Positions 53,484 to 64,000 of a stretch of DNA of 64,000 bases are shown in pieces. Both the position numbers and the translations under genes were made by a program. How positions within the stretch are numbered: position 1 is the stretch's first letter; each line of letters starts with the position of its first letter. The stretch comes from Schmidtea polychroa (taxonomy: Eukaryota): positions 51,276,001-51,340,000 of the forward strand of contig CM097885.1 of assembly GCA_044892525.1 (NCBI GenBank), written 5' to 3'. The notes below the pieces were generated by a model, which ran no database searches, was not told where the DNA came from, and was given only the letters and a program-made list of their open reading frames with translations.

Positions 53484-56400
53484 TTATAATTATATTTTTC
53501 TAAAGCCTTGATTGTGACATAATAATAAATTTACTCTTCGCAAAGGTTTGTGACTTTTCAAATAAAATGACTTAAATGTAATTAAATTAAATTTTAAATT
53601 TTAATTGATACTTTCCTGTTGCCGTTACATCACCTAAAAAATTTTAAAATATTTAAGAAAAGAGTGAAAGAATAATTTATTCTATGAATGGAAAGAATTC
53701 AGCTATCTCCAGAAGGATTGAGTCGAATCGATTGTGACCTTACAAACGAATGATGCCAGAGGAACTACTCCGTATATCCGCCTAGCATCTCTCGACTTCT
53801 TCCGCATTGTCTCTTGTTCTTCTCCTTCACCGATCGCTACAGATGCTCTACATGTTGGGTAAATGAAAATAATGATGTCCTCGTAGAGAAGCATTGAACC
53901 AACCAGCCAGTTGTTGATACGGACTCCGGTCTCGTATCGCTACTCCGTCTTGATATTGGTTCTTGTTTCCTTTTAAAATGCAAGATTTCTCTGGTGTTTA
54001 TTTTTATATATCTACGTCAATTAGACCATTCCACGCTCTTGCTGATAGTTAATTAAAACTAATTAATGAAAACTAAATTATTAACTTAGTAAATTATAAA
54101 ATTATTAAATTTATTAAATTATTGACTTTATGTTAATTGTTCAATTGTTAATTTTATAGGTGGTGGACGATAACAAGTCTTTCTTTTGAATTTTATAAAA
54201 TTTGTTTTAATATTGATGTAGAAAATTGAATAATTATAAAAAAATTATTTTATTTGTTTAATATAAGTATTAATATATTGCAAAATGGTATTTCATAAAA
54301 CTATTTTTGGTATTTTTATCTATTTTATGTTTATGTTCTTTATGTTATATATGAATTCATTTATGACATCAAATCATACAATTTTGCTTATTAATAATTT
54401 TCACTTTTGCTCTGTTATTTCAAATTTTATTGCGGTAGCCTTTTGAAAAATTGCAGATGCTTTATCAATTTGTGTCCTTCATATTTAAGATAAAAATCAT
54501 ATGGAATATAAAGTATCTATCTTATTACTCATGTTATTACTATGCTAGACATCCATCTTTTGTATTTCAAGATCAACATTTGATTGACCACTCGACTTTT
54601 TTTCTTTTCCAGCAAAGTTCTTTATGTCAAAAATCTTTTCCAGTGAGAGAATAATCATATTTTACCTGTAAGCTGTAAGCATTACTACAGCTGCAATTTA
54701 TCAAAAACAATTTATCGTTAAAGAAATTGAAAATTATTATAAAAGATTTGTAAGTTTTGGTAAATATCAATTGATGCCAAAGTTTTACTAATGGCCATGT
54801 AGGCAATGTATAAATTTACAAATGTATGTTACAAATGTATGTTGAAATCTCATAAAATCGCCCATAATATAAAAAAAATAATTAATGATTGTAATGTAAT
54901 TCTTGTAAAATTTTATTGTTGCTCCACCTTCGCATAAAAGAAAAAAAACAAGATTTCCATATTCAAAAATCTACTATAGAAATCAGAAATTAATATACAA
55001 TAAAGATTGGAAGAAAATCAATTTTACAAAAAGAAGAATGAGTTTGGAATTTAAGAAAGCATGCTGTATTATGCAAGTGGTTTTCTGATGCGTAATAAAT
55101 TTTGTCTAAGATAATTATCTTTTTATTATTGTTATTTTAGTGTTACACACACATACAATCACATACATACAAAGACCCAAGCTGTCCAAAACAGGTTTTA
55201 CTGGTGACTCAGCTTGACTCATCCTTTCTTTAACACAACACTTATTCAGATAAATTATATATATATAATTGCAATATTGCACCATAATCAATAGTTTTTG
55301 GTAGTTTAAAATTTAAAAACTAGTGAATGGTTAATTAAAATTTTAAAATAGAATTTTGTCATAAAATAACTTATATTGATACAGAATCATTTAAAATATC
55401 AAAATTCCGAAACATTTTGTAAAAATACATTTATACAAACAATCATTTTTTATTAATAGTTTATCTACAAAATGACTTATTTGAATTTTCTATAGCAGGA
55501 ATGATTCCATTTTTCCTAAAGTAATATTTTATTTAATTATAAAGGTTTTTTAAAAACATTTTATTTTTAACAAGACATGAACCTTACATTTCTTAAATTG
55601 GATTATTGTATATAATGTCAGATTTTTATGTGACTGGTCATTGTTCTATAGTATAAAATCTATACCATGGTATTGTATATCTACATTATGGTACTAGATG
55701 TCGTGTGATGTTTTTTTTTAAAAGGCTTTTGTTTTTAAATTTGAAACAAATAGTAGATCTCCTACAAATTGTTAATGGATTTTAAAATTTATTTAAGATA
55801 CATCACACTGATAAATGGTTTTATTGAAGTGTTAGCAAAATGTTTAAGAAATTATTTACAACAGAATAATCTAACATTTATTCAAGATAATGAGTGCTCA
55901 ACTATAGTCATATTGAAATTGACTACGGAATAGTTAAAGTTAAAAAAATATATGATTGAAAATTTCATGCAATATTACCAGAATAAAATATCAACGACAA
56001 TATTTCAGGAATACTAAATGTAATGATATATAAAATTTCAAAATTATATTATTTATTTTAAATAAATAACTTAAATTTGTAAATTTAAAAGTTATTCAAT
56101 GGATTTCTAAATTCAAAAGTACATTTAATTTAATTGAAAATGACTCAGTGCAAGACCGATTTCAAAGTGAGACCCTTTCAATTTTCCCTTAAGGTTTATG
56201 AGAGACAATTATATTTTATTCTATATTTATTACTAATTTGCAATATAATTTTATTAAAAGCACATTTCTATTATTTTATTTAATCATCAGGTTTTTATCC
56301 GTTTTTATGTTTTTTCTATTTAATATAACATTTTGTGATTTCCTTAAAAATACCACTTGACGAAGGCATGACCGAAAATTATGTTGAATAGAAACATTGC

Positions 56401-59400
56401 TGATCTAAATTCAAAATTTAATGAAAATAACTGCATTCAGTATTTAGTCATTTTGTATGAAATATTCAAATAAAGAAAAAAAACATTGTCTTATTAAAAC
56501 GAATTTGTATTATTTCAATGATTAACTATTATACTAAATGAATTCTTCTTCCATCAAAATGGAAAGGAGGAGAATTCATTTTATAATTGAAATCGCATTT
56601 ACGTGTAATAGAAATATAGAAAAAATACATCATATTAGAAACATTAATTTTTTACATTTTTGCCTAATAAAATATGAATCTTTCGTAAACTTTTGAAGCA
56701 ATTTCTACATCGGTATGTTCTAATTAAAAGTAGTTAGTCAAGGCGGTTTTTGGTTGAAAACTTGGAATTTTTTCGATAGGTCAAATTTTATATCACAAAT
56801 GTGATTTTAATTTAATTTTAATTTTAAGAAAATTTTTGGTTTAAAAAGGCAGTTTATGTTTTATATTATTATTAAATAAATATTATGTTATTTATAATTA
56901 TTTTCATTTGGTTTGTTTAAATATCGTCAATTTTCAAGAGGTAAAATTTCAGTAATGCACATTCTAAAAAAATTTTGGATTTCATACTTTAGAAAACGTA
57001 GACATTCAAGATATATGTATATATTGAAGCAAAACAATTATTACCAATTTCTATTATTTTTATTTCAGACTATATTTTGTTTTACCTCACATGAATCTTT
57101 TTACAAGTCAACACTTTTTAATCACATCAGATATTTCAATGTTGAAATGAAAATTATAAAGATTATCTATTAATTGTTTAAATGAACTAAAATGATTATA
57201 TTAATTTGTTTTGAATATCTTTTTAAATAATTGCAAAAGTTAGACAGAGATTGTAAAGCCCAATTAAACCATTTTGTTTTAAATGACGATTAATGCGCCT
57301 ATTAAAAAATTATTATATAATTTTGAACATGAAATAAAATTCCTTTATTTTCATTTATTAAATAACTTTTTTTAATATCAAAATTGTAAAAACAATGAAT
57401 ATGATTATTCTATTTCTAAAAACAATATTTTCTATAAATGTTCTATGAGCAAGTGAATAATATTGTCATAGAAATGGTTTAACCACACCTAAACTTGTCA
57501 ATTATCAATAAATACACAATGAAAACTCAATTAATTGGATTTTATTTTTCTTAAATCTAATATTTTTTATATTTATTGTATGTAATATAATAGGTTGACC
57601 ATTTTTCTAAGAAACCAATACAAGACAAAAGGTTTTTAGTGGAAGTAAGTCTACCGAAAATGATGAAACGTTATCAATTTTCATATAACAATTAAAAAAT
57701 AGATTATATATAATTATAATATATAATTAAATATATAAAATAAAAATAAGTTTAAAGTAATACACTAATAAATAGTAAAATTAAATAAAATTTCACGATA
57801 AAATCTCTCAAAAATAAAACAGATAGGATAAACTTACTGATAAAGAACAATTATTTGTTTAAACTGTGATGCAAATATTCATCATAATCATAAAATTTAA
57901 CACATATAATTTGCATGTAAAGCTTTAAATGCCATAAATAAGTTAACTAAGCCACCCATACAAAATGAACACGGAAACACGTTTGACTTTGTATTTATTT
58001 TACTAGCTAAAATTGAATGTTTAGTGTAACATAAACTGTTTTTAGATTTTATTTTTTCTAAAAATAATTTTTGGCGTTTAAAAGGTTGATTAATATTTCA
58101 TTTATAATTTTGTATTTTTTTTCAATGAACAGTAGTGATTATAAAATAATAAAACGGGCAGAATTCAAAAGGCGGGTTCTTTATCGGAGCAATAAATTAA
58201 AATAAATGACGATTTATTAGCCTATAGAATTTTTATTAACTTTGAATGTAGAAAACAATCTATGGTTTCAAATCTGATTATTATTTTAGTCTTTTTAAGT
58301 AACAAAACGCAAAGTAACCTTATTTCCTACTACAAACTTTGGCTAATTAAATTGATTTTGGTTTGCTTTATAAACTGCCGTTAAACATCTCGGTTTTGCA
58401 TATCAGATCCGCACTAACCTCTTACTTTTCTAGCTATTTTCAATAAACCTTAACTAATAAACAAATAATACTTTATTGCTTTGACACGCCGCCTTTCGAT
58501 ATGCTGAAATTGAGAATTTTTTTCACACTATCAGAATGATTTATGGCCTAAATAAATTTTAATTAATCAATTAATTATTTTGAATTTTGAATTTATGACC
58601 CTATGAAGCTTCCATCTTTTTAAAAATATTTTATTTTGTTATTTACCCACCTGTTTCAACTTTCCTCCTCTGAAAATTTGATTTTCAAATTATCACTTTT
58701 TGTATGTTCTTATAAAACCGTAACAAGTTGTGTTTTTTTGTTTAAATGAAATTGAAATATTTATTTTATGAAATGAAAATAGAGTAAAAGTAGAATTAAT
58801 AAAAGCAATTTTAATAAAGAAAATAATAATTATTTGTGAATGAGCGATCAGTGGAAAGATATAATAATTAACGGAAATTTTTAATTGAAAAATTTTATAT
58901 AGGTCAGTTTTTTTCAATGTATAATGAAAATAGATCAATAAATTCAAATTTTATACAAATTTTAAACACTTGATAAAGGTAGACAGGATTTAAGATTTTT
59001 GTTTTAATTTATTTATTTGTTGTCAAAAATCAAAGAAACAAATAATTTTAAATAATTGATTTCATATACAATTTCTAAACCGAAGACCAAAAAATACAAA
59101 ATGAAAATAATTCAAAAATTAAATTAAAATGCAATGAAAAATTACAATCAGAATAATAAACTTTATCAAAGTTGTAAAATATTGCTGATTGAGCGAGAAA
59201 TTAATTTAAAACATTTTTTATTTTTAAGTTTATCAATGAAAGTTAGAGCTATAACTAACTCATGTGAATAAATAAATGCAATTAACTTATTTTTAAATTT
59301 TAGTTGAGGGGAATCCCTTTACTATAACTTATAACTTATTTTTGGTCACGCTCATTTTTTTTAAATATACTCACTTAAAATAATATTGATGGACTATGCC

Positions 59401-60432
59401 TTCTAAAACTAAAAATACATGATGTCAGTGGGATTTAGATTTTTGAATTGGAAAATATTTTTGATTGTTAAACTTTTTTTATGGTTCTAACTTCATAGTA
59501 TTTTCAAAATATTATGGGATAAAGTTGGCGAGAAAAATTATTTTTAAAACGTCTTTTCAATCTTAAAAAAAAGATTGGTTGAAATTAATTAAAACAAAAA
59601 CTCAACAATTCAAGAATAATATTTCAAAATACTAATTATATGAAATAAAATGATAAAATGTGCCAATTTTTGGAATTGTGTTTGAATAATATAATGATAT
59701 TGGGATTTTAAGTTAATAATAATATTTTTGTTAATTTAAAGGTTTAACAATACAACATTCAATAATTTAAACTCAAATGTTTTAATAGTTCTTAAATAAT
59801 CCCTATCAACAATGAAAACGATTGCAATCTTACTGTCATTTGTTCTGATAATTATTTATTTGATGATTGTTTGAAGGATCTTTGTGGTAATTTTTTAGAA
59901 TAACAACTTTAATCATTATAGGATATTTTTCTCACTTCATAAAGACATAAGATTTTGACAACTAAGTTTACTTTCTCATTTTTTGATTCCATAAGTGACG
60001 TTTTAAAATGTTTTCATTGTTTGAATTGTGACTTCTTTCAGTTAAAAAATACAGTGTATTGTATAAAGAAGCTAGTTTTAGAGTATTGCAATTTTCATAT
60101 TTAGAGAATATAAAATACTTCTTTGACTCGGGTATTGAAAGTTGTTTTATAATCATCAATTTCAAGCATCACAAAAATGTAGTAAATGGAAGTTGTTTTA
60201 TATTATTTATTATTTATTACAAGTAAATTTAATGGTTATTTTTGAAATAAAGTGAAACTGGTTACATGCAACCTCTTTCTCTCATGAAAACTTTGTGGTA
60301 TTTAAAAATTTGTTCTAAATGAATAAATTATAATTAATAAATTTAAAAATATATCTAGATTTAAATATTCTAAATTTTATTACTTATTCTTGATAAAGAT
60401 ATGAATCACAAATATTTTATTTAGCTATGAGC

Positions 60433-61793
60433 TATGACGAAATATATTTAAAATCTTGAAATAATATATTTAAAATCTTGAAACAATATATTTAAAATCT
60501 TGAAATAATATATTTAAAATCTTGAAACAATATATGTAAAAACTTGAAACAATATATTTAAAATCTTGAAATAATATATTTAACATCTTGAAATAATATA
60601 TTTAAAATCTTGGCTAAAGTACTCTTCAATCGGATTTAACTGGGGGGAGTAAGGGGGTAAAAATCGAAAATTAATATTATTAGACTCCAACAGACTAATA
60701 ACAGTTCTGGAATGGTGAAACCTACAGTTATCCATTATCAATACGTCATTCGGATTAGATCTAAAATGGCTCAACAACTTTTCCTCAATAAAACCACAAA
60801 AACTTTCTCCGTTAAAAGCACCATCTTTGATTTCATAAGAAACTATTCCAGATTTCTTAATTGCCACCATACAACTGATATTAGTACCACGATTGCCTTT
60901 AACGATTTTGTAGGCTTTTGAATTTTTGGGCGAGTAACCGTAGTTCCTGGTTTGATGCAAATTCAGTCCGGTTTCATCCGAAAAAACCAAATGATCATTC
61001 GAGATAAAATTTGTTTCACGGGCGTATCTTTGCCTTAGATCGATATTTTTAGGGGTGTTTCGTTCCTGTGGAATTCTGACCAGTCGTTTCCTGGTATATT
61101 CCATCTTTTTAAGTATTTTAGAAACAGCACTCGAGCACCCAGTTATTCCGGAGTGTTGCAACTCTTCGGATAGTTCGGGCTGGGTAAATGAGGCGTCTCT
61201 TTGTAAAATTTGGCTTATTTTGGATTTCACGACGGACAAATCTGCCATTTTCCTTCCTTTCTTCGGACCGCAGATTTCTTCGTCCGTTGCGCCGTCGCAT
61301 AGTTTTCCGACCAGGTTATATGCGGTCTGCAGACTAATCTCTTGCTCGGAGGCAATTGTTTTTGTATCGGTATTTTTTTCAACCGATTTTCGGACTCGTT
61401 TTATGATTTCGAGCGTAACAGTTTGCCGCCTTTTTCGAACTCTGACATCTTGGCGCTCTTCGAAGGTTTGTTCAGTGCTGTTGGACATGGTTGAGGGATT
61501 TAGTTTTGAATGCATAAATTCCAGTCTTAAAATATATCGATGTAGGTTTTTAAAATTTCAATATAAGTTTTTAGATATATTGTTTCAAGATTTTAAATAT
61601 ATTATTTCAAGATTTTAAATATATTGTTTCAAGTTTTTACATATATTGTTTCAAGATTTTAAATATATTATTTCAAGATTTTAAATATATTATTTCAAGA
61701 TTTTAAATATATTATTTCAAGATTTTAAATATATTATTTCAAGATTTTAAATATATTATTTCAAGATTTTAAATATATTTCGTCATAACCCTG
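60433..61793 (-). mobile_element. IS630/Tc1-mariner element with long TIRs made of 21-bp repeats
   Basis: Inverted arrays of AATATATTTAAAATCTTGAAA. Right end ...CGTCATAACCCTG is followed by TA; the left end lacks the terminal CAGGGT. Confidence 0.88.
60580..61515 (-). CDS. DD34E transposase, C-terminally truncated
   Basis: VFSDET, IMDNCRFH and LPPYSPQLNPIEE (34 residues between D and E). It runs into the TIR repeat just after the catalytic E. Confidence 0.88.
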   Translation of the reverse strand: MHSKLNPSTMSNSTEQTFEERQDVRVRKRRQTVTLEIIKRVRKSVEKNTDTKTIASEQEISLQTAYNLVGKLCDGATDEEICGPKKGRKMADLSVVKSKISQILQRDASFTQPELSEELQHSGITGCSSAVSKILKKMEYTRKRLVRIPQERNTPKNIDLRQRYARETNFISNDHLVFSDETGLNLHQTRNYGYSPKNSKAYKIVKGNRGTNISCMVAIKKSGIVSYEIKDGAFNGESFCGFIEEKLLSHFRSNPNDVLIMDNCRFHHSRTVISLLESNNINFRFLPPYSPQLNPIEEYFSQDFKYIISRC

Positions 61794-62267
61794 TATTAAC
61801 AAATAAAGGAATAACACTCAAATAATATAACATTATATCAATCAGTGGTTGAGGGGTAGCAGAATCAATTAAAAATAAAAAAAATAGTAAATTATATTTT
61901 AAGCTTCTCCTGTAAGTTTCAAGTTAATGAAAACAGTAAAAATAAGAATTTTTCACTAGTCTTCTTTAATCTGGCTAGGAAAATCATTTTATATAAGTAT
62001 GTTATATATATGTGTGTGTGTGTGTGTGTGTGAGTACTTGTATATCTAGATTTTTACAGATTATGGTGAACCAACTATGAATTAAAGATAAAATAAATAA
62101 CTAATAAACTTCACTTAGATTAGTCAAACTATTTCTTTGATTAGCTCTCTTTTATGAACTGTCCTAATTTTTCTATAAACATCTTTTCTATATACTTGAT
62201 TTTTTAGAATGGATTTTATAAATCTTTAAAAATTTACAATATCTATAATGATTAGAATATAAATTAA

Positions 62268-62499
62268 CGCTAGATTTACGGGTAAAATAGCCGCAAAAAT
62301 AGGTATACCTAATTCGATAAACGAAATGAGGGAGCGGGTAGAAACGAGTAATTAATATTTACCTATATTTCATGACATATCTAAAAACCAACATATGTAT
62401 TCAAAAAATAATAAATCAGTATTATATATATGTAGCAATAGAATTTAATAGATATGAAATTTGAAACCCGTCAAATTGACGGTTTTCGTAAATCTAGTG
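62268..62499. mobile_element. piggyBac-type MITE (232 bp)
   Basis: TTAA on both sides (62264-62267, 62500-62503); 13-bp TIR C(G/A)CTAGATTTACG. Confidence 0.8.
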
Positions 62500-63389
62500 T
62501 TAACCAATTTCTCTGGAATAATGTGATTTACACGTTGACTGATATCTTTACCAAATGTCGATTTGATATGCATCGAACGTCATGTGATCTTTGCTAAGTT
62601 GACAGTTCTATCAATAAATTATATTGTATAGTATCCGATATAAGTTGAAATAATATATTTACTTGTTACGAAATGTTTTGGGTGGGTTCGCCACGTACGA
62701 ATGTTAATTAATTTATCGATTAAGTGGTTTATGTATGAAACGAAATTTCCAAGATTATTTATTTTAGTTTTTTAATCAATTGTTTTAATAATTTCAATTC
62801 TATATAGTAAAATTTAATTCATTTACCATATTCATTTATTAATTCATTTACTGTTTATCAATTGTAAACTTTCCGCTCAATATTTTCCTCCTGCAATGAG
62901 AGAAAATACCAGTGATGAGAATGAAATAAATGAAAACACCAACAATAATAGTTAGAAACATTACAAATATGTTCTTTAAAGTGGTTATTCAAAATTTGTT
63001 ATTTTATATTCAACAAGCTAATATAATTTCACATTTACAATATGATGCTACCCAAAGTCCATCAATGTGTATTTTGCACAATAAATCGTTTATTTTATAT
63101 TCAACAACAAATTATATATTTTTGTGCTTTGAATAAATAGAATTTTTATATATTTAATAATTATTCATCATTTTCAATAATTAATATTGTTTTTATTTTC
63201 ATTTATCTTCATTCGTTTCCCGATTAAAAATCAATATTTTATTTTATTTAACACAAATCATCAGCTTAATTTTTGTTATATGTGTCGATAAATTGTATTA
63301 AATTTTGTTCAAAAAAAATCTCCAGAATAAAGACAAAAACCGAAAATTTAACCAATTCAATTTCACTAATTATTTAATTAAATTTTGAT

Positions 63390-63461
<72 letters not shown>

Positions 63462-64000
63462 ATTAATGAAATTTAAAAAGAAAAATATGCATGTTAAATT
63501 AAATTTAATAACATTTCTAGTTCACATTTTAACAAATATTATAAGTATGTTTCGTGATAAAATTCGGTTGTGTAATTTTGAAAATCATTCAGTTTAGTCG
63601 AATAAAGTTATTTTATTTTTCTCTTTTTGTCTAGATGCAAGTACTTTGAAGTATTCCTACGTATAAGAAATCACTTATCTTAAAAATCTAATTAGAGATT
63701 TTTCCAAAATAAATACAGGTTTTCATTTGTAAAATTATTTTATAACGTCTGCTGTGTCCTTTATGGGCTTTATGAATGTTTTATTCATTGATGTCAAACA
63801 TTTCAAAGGAATAAATTTATTCAGTGGTGTTAGAAGAACTTAAAGCCATGATAATCTATATTTTTTACGGTGAAATTATTTATTTGGAACTTTATGATTA
63901 AACGAAAACATTAGTTTATTATCATTTATTATCATTTTATTATCATTTTATTATCATTTATTACCATTTATTATCATTATCACTAATAGTAATCACAAAT

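Noticed and set aside
61055..61618. 187-aa plus-strand ORF, and similar antisense ORFs over the hAT and Polinton genes
   Set aside because: Antisense shadows of real coding regions with no motifs.

Overview
Very AT-rich eukaryotic DNA, dense in (AAT)n repeats, with no recognisable intact host gene. The composition and 37-47 nt introns suggest a flatworm/planarian-like invertebrate (inference only). The main feature is a 15.6-kb Polinton/Maverick (adintovirus-type endogenous virus) at 26169-41794, with AGTAG...CTACT ends, a TTTATA TSD and ~0.65-0.7 kb TIRs. It carries the full core set: packaging ATPase, integrase with chromodomain, minor and major capsid proteins, adenain-like protease and protein-primed PolB. 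It also carries two unusual host-like genes. One is a compact TATA-binding-protein (TBP) homologue, head-to-head with the structural gene block, where a (T)ATAAACAA motif precedes almost every gene. The other is a spliced Bcl-2 homologue (BH1, BH2, C-terminal anchor) inside one arm of an originally longer inverted repeat. Six of its genes appear to have spliceosomal introns, and pPolB has two small frame lesions, one resembling a hAT excision footprint. A second, 7.3-kb Polinton-type element without recognisable Polinton genes (4778-12043, TATTAT TSD) shares a subterminal module with the large one and has captured a hAT transposase fragment. The rest is TE debris: hAT elements and a MITE, a Helitron, Tigger, IS630-like Tc1/mariner, a piggyBac MITE, a Penelope fragment with a minimal hammerhead ribozyme, LTR pieces, and a USP Cys-box fragment.
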